DNA of 64,000 nucleotides from Ramazzottius varieornatus (Eukaryota > Animalia > Tardigrada): assembly GCA_001949185.1 (NCBI GenBank), contig BDGG01000002.1, forward strand, positions 8,236,448 through 8,300,447, given 5' to 3'. Under the pieces are notes generated by a model that was given only the letters and a program-made list of their open reading frames with translations, made no database searches and was not told where the DNA came from. A program made the position numbers and the translations under genes. Position 1 is the first letter of the stretch; every line of letters starts with the position of its first letter. Positions 1 through 13,405 of this stretch are shown here, in pieces.

Positions 1-3000
1 ATTCACGCTAAAAGTCCTGTCGAAACCCACAGCGCCGGAGAGTCTAACAGCCACCGAGATCACTTCTCAATCCGTCACGCTAACTTGGACAACACCAACG
101 GAAGATGGTGGCAAGCCGTTGACACACTACACGGTCTACAAACGAGTGACGACAAGAACTGTCTGGCAGAAAGTCACTCGCGTCACATCGACCACCACCT
201 CGGTAACGGTGGAGGAACTACAAGCTAGCACCGCTTACGACTTTTACGTCACAGCCCAGAATGAAATTGGCGAGAGCGAAGGCGCCGAACTCAGCCGCAT
301 CCGAACTGAAGAAGCGAAGAAGCCTGAGAAGGTGGCGCCACGAGGATCCGTTGATAAAGGTGATAGACGTAAGCCATCGTTGGTGCCCGCCGAAGAGAAG
401 GAAACGCTGGTCACACCAACTATTCATCTGAGCAAGAGCAACGTAACAACGACCATCAACCAGCTTGTTCAAATATCGGTTACCTTCTCGGGAGAACCAC
501 GCCCGAAGCTGACGGTGTACCATAACGATGTCCTGATCGACACGGTGGCATCGCGTCATTATCAACTGGACGAACGTCGACATGATATGATGGCCACGTT
601 TAGCATCACAAGAACGGAGCTGAGTGACACCGGAACCTACAAGATCAAAGCTACTAGCCCTGCTGGAGAAACTAGCGCTGAATTTACTCTAAAGGTAAAT
701 AGAAAAATGCCCTTGTTTGAGCCTAAAAAGTAGAAACCAGTCTCCTGCATCATGGCTGACATGCACAGGTTACCATGATTTCTATGTTTTTTTGCAGGTT
801 TTGACCAAAGCCGGCCCTCCAACTCAAGCCTCCGCTACCGACGTTACTACCGCCAGTGCCACCATAAGCTGGCAGCCTCCTACACAAGATGGTGGCTCGC
901 CCATCAAGCAGTACATTATTGAGAAGAAGGTGTCCACTCGCTCAACGTGGATTCGAGTAACGACCACCAAGACCACGGAAGTGACCATTACCGAGCTGAA
1001 CGAAGACACCAGCTACGACTTCCGCATTCGAGCAGAGACGGACTATGGCGAAGGGGAGAATGCCGAGTTGGTGAATGTCAAGACCAAAACTGTGGAGATC
1101 AAGAAGGAAGTGAAGGTAGTCGAGACGAAGAGAGAGCAAGGACCAGCTGCGACGACGCCAACAGTTACCATCAGTAAATCCAGCATCTCAGTGGGAACTA
1201 ATCAGATGATGCAGGTTGATGTCTCGTTTACTGGTCAACCACGACCGCAGTTGACGTGGAGGCATAACGGAGCGGTACTAGAGATGACGCGTCGTGTCAC
1301 CATTGAAGAACGACGAACACAAATGGTGGCCACTTTCACCATTAAGAAGACGGAACAGACTGATGCCGGAACTTACACCGTTACAGCCAAGAATGACCAC
1401 GGTGAGGCTTTGGCTAATCTAACTCTGGTAGTCTTGGATAAAGCTGGACCGCCAAGGAACTTGACCGTCAGAGAAGTGACGCCCAAGACGGCAGGGCTGA
1501 CATGGGAAGCCCCGTTGACCGATGGTGGAGCACCTGTTAAACATTACTTGGTGGAAAAGAGAAGTGCCGGAAGGACCACATGGACCAAGGTGACCACTAC
1601 CCAAGAAATGAAGGCTGTTGTCACCGAGCTTGTGCAAGGAAACAAGTTCGAGTTCCGCGTTAGAGCTGTCACCGACCAGGGCGAAGGAGCAGAAGCGCAA
1701 GTTGGACCTATTACCGCTGACTACACTTTCGGTCAGATAACAGGGAGCTCGGCCAAGAAACTGCGCAAGCTCGTCATCTCCAGTGGCGCAGGCTTTCGGC
1801 TAACAACATTGACAAGCTCGCCACTTGGGATAACAATCTTGTCGAGTTTGTCTGCCGAGCTACCAGTAGCGTTCAATCTTTGACATTTGCGATGTTCGGG
1901 CTCATTTACGCTTTCCCTATTTACAGATGTTCCATCAGCACCGGCAGCTCCTTCAGTCAGCAACGTTACTTCCAAGACTGTAACCTTAACCTGGCTCCCA
2001 CCGTTCAAAGACGGCGGAAGTCCCGTCACCGGCTACCACCTTGAGCAACGGGTCGGCAAGTCTTCCTACTGGCGCAAGATCACCAAGCAAGCCATCACAA
2101 GCACCACCTTCGAAGTGACGGACGTCATCGAAAAAGAGTCGTATGAATTCCGTGTCATCGCTGAGAACCTCAAAGGACCCAGTCAACCTAGTGAACCCAG
2201 CGAGAAAGTGACCATCCCGACAGCCGTCGTCGAGAGCAAGCCACCGCGACCCGATACTACTGGTCGACCCAGCCGTGTCTCGGCCACACCCGTTCGCGAT
2301 CGCCTAGGCCGTGCGCCTTCCGAGATGTCCGGACGAGGATCAAGAGATCGATCAGCACGAGAGGACACCATCGGCTCGGAGGATTTGGAAATGTCCGATG
2401 AAGAAGCGGAGATGCCCGAGTATGAGGAAAATATGAACAAGCCGGCCTTCTTGAGACCCTTGAGCGATACTCGATGTACTGAAGGCGAAATGGTGGCACT
2501 CCGTTGCGAGGTAATTCACCGATGAATCACTAAATAGAATTTTGCTGAAAAAACTCTACAAGATCGTTGTTCCGCATGGCGCGGATCTTCTGACAATAAC
2601 CCAGGCAACGTGCGCCATTTGGGTGAACAATCTCGTTGAGTTTTGTTAGTGGCGCATGCTTTTGGCCAACAACACTTGGAACGTGCGCCGCTTGAAAAAG
2701 CAAACTTGTAAATAATGTGTAGAAATGGGCCTCCTGCCTTGATGAGTTGTTGATCCGGGAATGTTAAAGGTTTTGGGAACGCCAACGCCCACTGCGCTTT
2801 GGTACAAGGATGGCCAAGTCATTAGAGAGAACATGGGATACCAGCACATCGTTCAAGATTCCGTCCACAAGCTGCTCATCAAGGAAGCGTTTGTGGAAGA
2901 TGGCGGCGTGTATAAGATTGTAGCGCAGAACGCCGCGGGCAAAGCCGACTCCAGCTGCACGCTGACTGTCAAACACCGACAACAGCTTGAGGAACGTGGA

Positions 3001-6000
3001 GTCAACAAGCCACCCAAGTTTACTCAGCCCTTGGTCGATAAGATTGTACAGGAAAGAGACCAAATGTACCTGGAAGTCAAAGTGGAATCCTTATCTTTCG
3101 TCAGTTTCCGATGGTACGGCGTTTTTCACTGTGACTCTTAAGGTGTGCTCGAACTGTTACAGAACTTCCTCACAATTTTTTTACAGGAAAAAAGACGGAA
3201 GAGAAATCACAACTGATGAAACCTTCACGATCAAGTCCATCACCAAAACTTCATACCTGATCATTAACAAGTGCTCAACCACCGACAGCGGAAGATATTC
3301 TTGCGTCGCGCAGAATGTCTCAGGAACTGCGGAGACCTCAGCTCAGATTACCGTCCAAGGTAAGAGAATAAAACTAAATGCCGCCACATGACATTACGGG
3401 AAAAAAAATGTTTGTGGTTTAGCTGGAAAGAAAAAGGTGGAACGACAAGCAGCGCCAACCTTTATCCGCGGGCTGGACGACATGACGGTGCGCCACGGCG
3501 ACTCGGCCACGCTGGACTGCGACTTCCGGGCTGAACCAGCTGCCGAAGTCACTTGGTACTTCAACGGTCGCAAGATCAGCCGTTCCAGCAAGTACCGAAT
3601 CTTTTCCGACAGCAACCACAGTCGCTTGACCATAGTTGACACCACTCTGCAAGACAGTGGCGAGTTTACGGTGGACATCCGCAACGTCGCCGGCGTCAAG
3701 AAGTCCTCTTGCAACTTGACGGTCAAGCAGGCGCCATCCGACATTGTGCCGCTAAGGGAAGGCGAAGCCCCGCGGGTTGTCGATCGCTTGACTGACGTGG
3801 AGATCATGGAGGGCTATGACGTGGGCTTGACTTGCAAGATAGTCGGCACACCCACACCGCGCATCCAGTGGCTCTTTGACAAGAAAGTCATCGCCAGCTT
3901 CACCGACCGCATCAAGATGACACAGACCGAACATGGCAAGACCTACATGTTGTCCATCAAGAACGTCACGCCAGCCGATCTGGGCATCTATACCTGTAAG
4001 GCTACTAACGAGTTTGGGGAAGTAACCACATCGGCCTTCTTGAACGTCCTGTCTGGAGAACGACATGTCGAACAGAGGGAAGCAACACTGAATGCACCGC
4101 ATATCACTCGGGGCTTGCGAGATACCGAAGTTATTCGCGGGGAAGATGTTAAACTTGACTGTCGTGTAATGTGTGACTCGGAGTATTTTGTCAACTGGTA
4201 AGTTTTGCCAAACTGGGCAGCTCGTCAACGAGATCCAGATTACAGGTTGCGCATGTTACAATTTCACAGAACAAAATGCGTACGCCACTTGAAAAATAAC
4301 CAAGCTTGAAAATTCTTTTTTCAAGTGGAGCATAGTTTCAGACAGTGATACTGTAACTATGCGCCACTTCGAAGACAGTCTTGTCGAGTTTGTTTACCGA
4401 TTCGTCATCACAAGTATTGGTCGTTAAAAGTTGAGTTATCAAGAAGGTGAACCCGTCCCTTTGTGTAGGTACAAGGATGGTATTGAGTTGGGTTACGAAG
4501 ACCACCGCATCAGCCGCTACCAGCTGCCCAACGGTCGGGTCGTCCTCGAAATCAAGGAAGCCAGCCTACACGACACCGGCTACTACAGCGTCACTGTAAG
4601 GAATGCAGCGGGTAAAGCAACTTCCTCCGCCCAAATGACAGTCGACGCACCGCGCTACTCTTTGGAGCCTCGCCGTAGCGTAGAAGATGTCCGTCTGGAA
4701 GAACGAGCCAAGAGACGCCTCAACCGCGTCCACGCCAACCCACCGGCGCCCATCGCCGAAGCACCCACTGTCTTGAGCTACGAACCCGGAGTTTTCAACA
4801 TTCACTGGCAGCCGGTCTTATCCGAGTTCGAGCCAGAAATACCCACCTACTACGTGGTGGAGATGCGTGACAAGTCCCAGAGTGACTGGACACGAATCCA
4901 GCAAGGTATCACCACACCGCGGGTGATGCTGAATATTGCGCGACCTGGAGAGGATTTCATCTTCCGTGTCCGCGCTGAGAACATTCACGGCACGAGCGAA
5001 CCGTCGCCCATCGCGTTGACCACCCGCGACATGGACATGGAGAGAGCCATCCTCAAAGACCGTATGTCCACTTCGACGGCTCGCCGTCCCCCCGTCCAAG
5101 CCATCCATCCCATCTACATTCCCTACCACGAGCACCTTCGCACTGATTGGAGTACACAGTACGAACACGAAGAGTACAGCGAGGTGCCGAAAGTCCATTT
5201 GAAGAATAACGACATCAACTATGTGCCCGAACACCACCCCGTCATGCTGGAATGCTGGGTGTCGGGATACCCGCCACCGATGGTCAAGTGGCTCTTCAAG
5301 GGTAAGGAGATCACCACGGGAGGACGGTACAGTATCCGGTCGACGCCCAGTGGACACGTCCAGCTTCACATCGACAACATGATGTTGGCTGACAGTGGGG
5401 AATACTTGGTGCTGGCCCAGAACAAGAGCGGCCATCAGGCCTTAGCCATTCGAGTCGAAGTAGCCGATCCACCAGTGTTTATCGAACCGATGGTTGATAC
5501 CGTGGCCCAAACACGCAAGACCATTCGGCTGGACTGTCGTGTCGATGGGACTCCCTTCCCGGAGATTCGCTGGTTGAAGGACTGGGCTGTCGTGGTCGAC
5601 AGTGCCCGCATCAAGATTCAGCACGGTGTCGGTGGGTACACTTCGCTGATCATCAATGATGTCTTGGCTCGAGACGCCGGGTTGTACACTTGTGAAGCCA
5701 AAAATGCGGCGGGCACGGCCTTGTGTACCATAACCATGACGGTGGTACAGAGCAAGGACACGTACACCGACACGGATGTCTATGTGAGGCGGGTAAGACC
5801 GAAACGGAAACGCCTGACGGACTTTTACGACCTCCAGGAAGAAATCATGCGTGGAACACAAGGTAATGCATTTTTGTATTCAAATTTGGTTCAAGACGTC
5901 GCCAAATGATTTATCCAGATCGCTATCTCAAGTGGCGCACATTTCCAATATTGACGGCCGAGAGCGTACGCCACTTGGGAAACTCGACTGCACTGCTTCT

Positions 6001-9000
6001 CTAAGTGGCGTACAGTTGCATTTTATTTGGCTGAGAGTGTGCGTCACTTGGCGAACGGTCCGGATGATTTCTTTGCCGACTTCCTAGTTGATTATTTTGA
6101 ATAAGTGTGCGCGGGTTCACAGGTGTAATCAAGCGAGTGACTGAGAAGGCTTCCGGACGAACCTACGCCGCCAAGATTTCCTTCGCGGAGCAGAAATACT
6201 ACCCCTACCTGGAGAACGAACTGCACATCCTCAACGAGCTGAACCACAAGAACATTATCGGTCTTCATGACGCCTTCGAAGGTGGCAAGTCCATGACGGT
6301 TATCATGGAGTACGCTCGTGGTGGCAACATCCTCAACCGATTGACCACTCGCCAAAGCTACACCGAACGCCAGGTGGCCAACATCATCCGACAAGTCCTC
6401 CAAGCACTAGCCCACATGCACGAGAAGAACATTGCTCACTTGGACATCAAGCCTGAAGACATCCTGCTGGCCAGTGCCGACGACGATCGAGTGAAACTGG
6501 TGGACTTTGGCCTGGCCAAGAAACTCAGCCCAACCGAACGCTATATTTCCGAGTTTGGTACGCCCGAGTTCGTCTCGCCAGAGATTGTTAACAAGTACGC
6601 CGTGACGACTGCTAGCGACCTCTGGAGCGTGGGTACACTGACTTACCTGCTCCTGTCTGGTCGCAACCCCTTCTTGGGCGAGACGGATCGCGATACACTG
6701 CTGAACATCCAGAGCGCCGTCTGGAACTTCGACCACTACTTCGCCAATATCAGCCAGGAAGGCAAGGACTTTATATCGAAGCTGTTGAAGATGAACCCGA
6801 CGGACCGACTAACGGCAACCCAAGCGCTAGACCATCCTTGGTTGGTCGATCGGGCATCGCAAGACGAGGTTGTCATTGACGCCGACAAGCTGCAACAGTA
6901 TCAACGCCATCGTCGCGACAAACTGGTTTCGTCGGCTGTACACAAATATGCGCGGTTCAAGCCACTTCACGCTGCCATCCACCACCCTCAGGTATAGTAA
7001 TTCATTAGCTAATACAGTCCGGTCGCACGAAATCTGGTACCTGATTTTGCGATTTCAAAATAAAGAAATCGTGCAAAATTAACGATACTGCAAGCCATAC
7101 CGACACAGCCGGTCCACATGCGGGTTCATTACTTGATCACACCAGTACAGCTACATGTAATTTCGGCCTTGGCTTGTCGTGCTGTATGGCGAATGTATAG
7201 CAGACTTCAAAACAAAATCGGAGAAATAGGTACCAGATTTCGATCGACCGGGCTGTAATTTAATTTGGTTTTTGTTTTAATTTAGTATTTCTTGCAGGGT
7301 ATTTTGTATCCACCGGAAATTCTGGCCTATGACGAATACGAAGCACGGTTACGATCTCCTTCTCCAGAAGCTGTAACGTGGACAGGAGCTCGCGACCTCA
7401 GCAGTCGTGGAGCCACGCCCTTCGGGGATGATCGAACAGTCAGTTCAGGCGGAAGTGAGCCTTCAGCCTCCGAGTCCAAGTACCAAATGGGTCCGGACTC
7501 GGAGCTCCTCCAGCTCCGCGATCCAGACTTGCCTGTAAGTTCCATGACGCAGTCCGACATCGCAGAAACCGGCGAAGAAATGTCTTGTTTTTAGATTCGT
7601 ATTCGACAATACCGAAGACTGGCGCGTAACCCGCACGGCTACGGTAGCGTCAAGCTGGAGATGGAGCAACGTGCATGGGGATTGAAACCAGCGGTGAAAG
7701 AGCGACGCCGCATGCACGACGTGATGGACGAGGAAGGTGTGACACAAGATTATGCCGCCGAACGCTTCGTAGCCAGGAAGAAGCAGAAGCGTGTCATGGA
7801 GGAAGAAGTTGAGTACTATCCACCAGTCTTCCGAGAGAAGCTGCGCGACATGGCTTTTGCCGAACACAAACCACTGAGCTTGAGGGTGGTGGTCAACGGC
7901 AACCCCACACCCAAGGTGACATGGTACCGCAACGAAGCGCCGTTGGAAAGGAACCCTCGAACCAGCACTCATTACTCGGACAATGGCACCTGCGTCCTCA
8001 ATATCTCACCGGCTGTCTCCAGCGATGCTGGAGAGTATAAGATTGTCGCGCGCAATCGCCTCGGCGGTAAATTGTTCCATACAATATTTGTGGACGCCGG
8101 CAAATGTAACGTGCAAGATCAATATCTCAACCGACGCCACCTCCCGTCGTATTGGCCACTTGGGGTGGAGGTCTGGTCGAGCTCGCAAGTGGTGCACGTT
8201 CTCAGTAACATAAGCTGGAAATATGCGCCACTTGAGACACAATCTTGTGCATTTCGTTTGCCGGCCTTTCATCCCAGTGTAAAACGGCTCTACGAGTGAT
8301 TTTACTTTGCAGAGGTGATCTCGCGTTGCCGAGTTCTTGCCGGTTCGCCGCCTGATCCACCATCATGGCCGACAGTGGAGCAAATCGGAAGCGACCACGC
8401 GCACATTCAGTGGCACTATCCCGTCTTTGATGGTAACAGCGAAGTGTTGGCCTACAGAGTGGAATACCGAAGTCGCAACGACAACAGCTGGAACTTGTAC
8501 AGCGACGAACTGATAGACGAACGCGTCGTGGTTCGCCACCTCCTCCCTGGCACATTCTACCGGTAAGCCATATTAAAGCCATTGAGCCAAGACACACAAT
8601 TTTTGGCGGTTGTCTGACCAATTTATCCTGACAGGTTTCGCGTTTTCGGACGTAACATCTTCGGCTGGAGCGAGGGCAGTTATTCGTCGGAGGAAGTTCG
8701 CACACTCCATCCTCACGACCACGACCTGCCCATGGCTAGTGTTGTGGCTGATCCTAGTGCCATCACCAAACGCAGCGCACTTTTGCAACAGACATCCAGC
8801 ACCACCACGTCCAACAAACTTGCCGATCGCATTCCTGGTAGCTTTGAAAAAGTTTCCGTCTCGCTAACCGACGGCGACCCGGGTGCCTTCTATGACTTCC
8901 AGAAAGAAATCGCCAGGTAAAACATTTTGGAGCCTGTCGTCATAGCGTACAAGCTTGTTATAAGAACTGGCGTATAATTCCAGCCAACAGCAATGGAAGA

Positions 9001-10422
9001 TTGCGCCATTTGAGATAACTTATTTTAAGCGGCGCACGTCTGCGCCGGCACGGATGAGTACGTGCGCCACTGAGGATGACGATCTTGCATGTTTCGTTTG
9101 CCGGCTTTCCTGTCAGTTTTCCATGGCATAATGCGTTAATATGGATTTTGGGTTTTACAGAGGTCAGTTTTCTGTGGTATACAGCGGACTCGATCGCAAG
9201 ACATTCGGCATTGTGGCGGCAAAGTTCATTGATTCGTCCAGCCCCGATGCCTTGAACGAATACGAGACGCTGCGTTCGCTGAAACACGAGCGCATCTCGG
9301 AATTGTACCGCGCATTCCGATTCAAGAACGAGTACATGGTCCTGGTCATGGAGAAGCTGGACAATATGGACATTTTGACATACTTGTGCCAACGAGAACA
9401 GTACTCGGAAGAAGACGTCTCCATAATGATGCGCCAGACGTTAGACGCGCTGCAGTACCTCCACCTGCTGGGCATCGCCCATCTTAACCTCCAACCGGAC
9501 AACATCATCATGGAAACACCATTCAAGACCAGTGTGAAGCTGGTTGATTTCGGATCGGCACGAAGACTGCCGAAAGAGGGCATGATCATTCGCAACTTGA
9601 CCACACCGCTTGACTACAGAGGTACGATTACACAGCTCTTTTACTCTGTATGAAGACGCGGGCAAATGGCTTGAGCCAGGTCGTTGTCTCCAGAAGCGCA
9701 CGCCTTCATTGTTATTGACTGAGCATGTGCGCCGCTTGAGAGGATGGTAGTGCTTAATTCATTACCCCTTTTAATTTTATATTTTAGAATTTTTAGATAC
9801 CAGATAGTGATCATTCAACTGTCATTTGAATTTGTGTATCATTTGCTTCTGTATGTTTGCAGCGCCGGAGATTATCACCAACCGGTTGACCGATGTTCAA
9901 GCCGACATTTGGGGAATGGGCGTTCTCGTCTTTATACTGTAAGTTCGGCACATTACTAAAACCGCAATTGGCTTTTCTTTATGAAGAATGGTATCATTAC
10001 AGGTTGAGTGGATGCTCACCATTCCACGGTGAAGACGACGAAGAGACCACCGACAACGTACGGTTTGTGCGCTATCGGATCGGCGAACTTTATCATGGCC
10101 TAACTACCGAAGCTTCGCGCTTTATCATGCAAACCTTGAAAGCCATTCCCAGGTACGATACTCATAGGAGAAAATTATGATCTCTGAGGTTAACGGCCAT
10201 TTCTTTCATTATAGCAATCGACTGAGTGTGGAAGAGTGTTTGGAGCACCGCTGGATAATTCCTAGCGAACTAGGCGTACTGAAGCGCGAGAAGACAGTCT
10301 TTAACTCACTGCGACTGTCCAACTTCCGCCGAGCCTACTACATGCGGAAGGAAAAGATCACCGGCTTTATTGACACCTTAGTGAAGTTGCCCATCCCAGT
10401 AGCAGAGCCTGAGGAACCCTGA
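1..10422 (+). CDS. unc-89: UNC-89/obscurin-like giant sarcomeric protein (Ig/Fn3 domains plus two C-terminal kinase domains), 5'-partial, multi-exon
   Basis: Exons join in frame across GT-AG introns: <1-694, 798-1731, 1927-2510, 2770-3113, 3187-3359, 3423-4197, 4469-5862, 6123-6991, 7298-7534, 7595-8066, 8313-8562, 8635-8916, 9161-9621, 9863-9938, 10003-10152, 10215-10422 (TGA). Ig motifs (W-x-K-D-G; D-x-G-x-Y-x-C/V-x-A-x-N), Fn3 motifs (W-x-P-P-x-x-D-G-G-S-P; Y-E-F-R-V-x-A-x-N), kinase 1 (GTQGVIK, YAAK, HLDIKPED, DFG, GTPEFVSPE), Ig-Fn3 linker, kinase 2 (RGQFSVV, HLNLQPDN, DFG, APE). Kinase-linker-Ig-Fn3-kinase ending is characteristic of UNC-89/obscurin. Confidence 0.9.
1746..1861. repeat. 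Intronic palindromic element (IPE) 1, single unit
   Basis: In unc-89 intron 1732-1926; AGCTCGGC..CAGTGGCGCA..CGCCACTTGG..GCCGAGCT; core 1783-1824. Confidence 0.85.
2553..2709. repeat. IPE 2, double unit
   Basis: In intron 2511-2769; cores 2576-2618 and 2649-2691. Confidence 0.85.
4216..4400. repeat. IPE 3, double unit
   Basis: In intron 4198-4468; cores 4246-4288 and 4325-4367. Confidence 0.85.
5897..6081. repeat. IPE 4, double unit
   Basis: In intron 5863-6122; cores 5932-5974 and 6005-6047. Confidence 0.88.
7015..7255. mobile_element. MITE family A (Tc1/mariner-type) in an unc-89 intron
   Basis: TIR CAGTCCGGTCG..CGAAATCTGGTACC / GGTACCAGATTTCG..CGACCGGGCTG flanked by TA; related copy at 56619-56875. 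Confidence 0.85.
8096..8265. repeat. IPE 5, double unit (first unit degenerate)
   Basis: In intron 8067-8312; ends GCCGGCAAA/TTTGCCGGC; core 8189-8231. Confidence 0.85.
8945..9116. repeat. IPE 6, double unit
   Basis: In intron 8917-9160; cores 8967-9009 and 9029-9070; right end GACGATCTTG..TTTGCCGGC. Confidence 0.85.
9658..9745. repeat. IPE 7, single degenerate unit
   Basis: In intron 9622-9862; core 9693-9735 (GAAGCGCAC..GTGCGCCGCTTG). Confidence 0.7.
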
Positions 10423-10836
10423 GTGAATGCCTGAATGATGATCAAAGTTGTTTACGCTTTCGTCTGCCTTTCTACCGAACATAATTTATACTCTACGCCC
10501 ATGTTTTCTTACGCAATATGACAGTGATGATTTTATTTGCAGAGCCTTTCGAGTTTACCGCATTTTATCTTTTTCGTGCCTGTTATGCTACATAGTTAAG
10601 CTTGCCTTCAAGAAATAATCTTCGTACTTTAGGAGAAGATAGCATTAAGTAAAACTAATACGTGCAATAGCGAAAAGTCTGTTCTTCGTGCAGAAATCGG
10701 AATACGGTTAATTTCATTTGCACAAGCCATGCGCATGGATAAACAACTTAAAATAATGACACAGTCCCGCACATGTTGGAGAAAATGATACTTGTTTACA
10801 AAAGATGAACACTGGTACAAACTACAAAGGAGAAGG

Positions 10837-10854
10837 ACACACACACACACACAC
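10837..10854. repeat. (AC)n microsatellite between convergent 3' ends
   Basis: ACACACACACACACACAC. Confidence 0.8.
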
Positions 10855-10943
10855 GAGCTAGATTACAAGACGACAAAGCACGGAAAAACGAATAACAGAA
10901 TTTGCGTTATTTTCCCTGATGACTGAAAAAGCGAGGGTAATAG

Positions 10944-13405
10944 CTAACGGCTTGCGACGACGGGGCTCTTCCTGGTGTTGAGGTGGACTGTCAACGTAGG
11001 TGGCATTTCGGCCAAGTTGGAGTTACTGGCTCGTTGTCCGCCGCGTTCATCCAAGTCTTGGACAACCAGCTGCTGGCCATCTCGCTTGGCCACAACAGCA
11101 GCCGGAAATGCCACCGGCTTACCCAGTGGAATGACTTGACTGACAAATCTGGCCACTGGCTCAGGCGGACCTTCCAGATTGTAAAGAATGCGAGAACGTA
11201 CTGCAAGAACAAGAATCCTTTTATAGCAAAAATTGTTCGTTTGGAAAAGCCTGAATTAAAATGTAGCTTGGCACACAAACTCGACCAGATGGTATCTCAG
11301 GTGGCGCAAACTCCCAGCCAATCGAACCGTAAATATGCGCCATTTGGGCAACCATCAAGCTCGACGAGATCCGTTTCCAAGTGACGCGCGATTACAGCCA
11401 ACAAGACCGTAAATTCGCGTCAATTGAATAAAGGTCTGGTCGAGGCTGTTGCGGAGCTTCGAAGTTCAGAATTCAAGTCGAGCTTCGAATGCATAAGGTT
11501 TGACCCGAACCGCCGACAAACAAACACTGTTTACCTGGTGTGACGTTCTCGACTTCGTAATCGCCGATAGTCATGGTCTGTTTGGCGTCAGGACTGGTAT
11601 TGTGGCTATCATTGTTGTAGGGCGTCATTATCAGCGCTACCGAAAGGACCAAAGCCTACGAACGAGAGAAATGATAATTACAATTTATTATGGAGAATGA
11701 CCTGCTTTTCCCTCATTACGTAACCGACAAGAAGAAAAGTCCCGATTCAGCGTCTGAAAAGGACAATTCGAAACAAAGCTTCGACATACCATGAGACATG
11801 TGCCGGTGGCTTTGGTGTTGCGAGTAGCGCGTCCCAGGACGGTTTGGAGAGTCTTGAGTTGGCTCTGCAGAGAGGCGTTCTCGCGTTCTAGGTCCTTGAC
11901 GCGCTTGTGCAAAGTCTTGTTCTGCGCGGTCACGTCCTTGACCTGCTCCTCCAACTGATCCATATATACCTTGCGTTTCCGCCGGCTCTCTTGTGCTGAC
12001 TTCTGCAAACATACACATAAACCGTTTTAGAAACACCAGCCGCCTTCCTGCGCATGTTTCAACGCTATGTAAACAACCCGCGCTTGAACCAATATGGGGC
12101 CGCAACATGAACCATCACAATCTTACATACAAGCCGTAGAGGAGAACCCCACAGAACTGTATGCAGCTGCTTGTCGCAGCTGCATTTCAACAACTTGCAT
12201 ACGGTAACTTTGATGTCGATGCAACACGACCGTCTGTAGGTTCGCGCTCTTTCAGATACTATGAAACACGAAGAAATCGGACCGACAACCGGTGTTTACT
12301 CAAGGTAATGAAAAGACAACCTCGGGCCATCATCATGTGCGTAAAAAGAGATGGGCGGTAGATTTGCACTGCGAGGTTCATTGACTGCAACCTTGTCTCA
12401 TCTAGACGAGGGAAAGAGGTAAACAAACCTTGTTGCGAATCTTGCGACGAATCTTCTTCAGGGTGCGCTCATCCTGCTTGGATAGAGGGTAGCATTTAGG
12501 CAGACTGAGACCTTCCTTTCGTAGCAGCGTCAACTCTTCCGGGGTTAACGTCAACTCCATTTTATCGGGATGAGAAGTAGCAGTTTTGGAATGGGTCGAT
12601 TTGGGCGAGCCTTGGCAGCTGCCGTTGTCGCTTGAACCATCATCGCTGGAACTCCCCGAACTGTTGGACGAGACCAACGCTTCCGGGTTCTGCAGGTACT
12701 CCGTCAAGGCTGACAGGGTTTCCGCGTCGAATTCTAAATCGTCTGCAAAAGAACAAACCACAGTCACAAAATCGATATCGACGGTTGAGAAGCCAGTTGT
12801 TGCCATTACCGACCAAAACGAAGCACCCTTGAATTTAACGTAGTGCCGTCATAGACCCACGTGGGATAACAATGTACACACAACAGAGTGATCCCACATG
12901 ATCACTAAACACACGGCAAGACGTCACAAGTCGAAAACAGTTATTTCACTTTGACTGCCACATCTGCCTTCCAGCAAAATAATATTCTTTCGTCCTCGCG
13001 TACCGATGCCGCAGAGAACTCACCAGAAAGCAGCTGGTCTGAATCCACGGTATGAAGTGTGGCACTTCCAGGAGACGAAGCAGAGTCGCGCGAACTGCCA
13101 ACCGTGTCCATATGCTCCACCGAAGAGCTGATGCAGTCGTCGATGAAGGAGGCACTTCCGGTCAGCTCACTGCCGTCCAAACACTGCATACCCCCGGTCG
13201 AACTTCCCACTAGCAGCGACATCAGATCACCCGATAAATTCTGCAAGGAAAACCATTCGTACCCTTCGTCTCTAAGGTTAGAACAAAAGCCAGAACTAAC
13301 CAGGTTGAGGGTGGTGGTATCATCCTGACAGGCTTCCATCTTGATGGCCGCATCCGGATCATTCACTCCGAACAACAAGTCCCATAAACCGCGTCCCTGG
13401 TCCAT
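10944..13405 (-). CDS. CREB3: CREB3/Luman/OASIS-family membrane-anchored bZIP transcription factor
   Basis: Exons approx 13405-13301, 13240-13024, 12742-12429, 12002-11790, 11655-11535, 11200-10944. ATB+basic region [42 protein letters not shown]|[15 protein letters not shown], leucine zipper, then TGTCLM|[12 protein letters not shown] transmembrane segment and luminal VRSRIL (site-1-protease-like). Start codon and paralog assignment uncertain. Confidence 0.85.
11267..11458. repeat. IPE 8, double unit
   Basis: In CREB3-like intron 11201-11534; cores 11301-11343 and 11381-11423; flanks CTCGACCAGA/TCTGGTCGAG. Confidence 0.85.

Noticed and set aside
5897-6081. CRISPR-like repeat-spacer reading of the double units
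   Set aside because: At most two units per locus, spacers share a common consensus, linkers vary in length, the context is eukaryotic and no cas-like ORFs are present.
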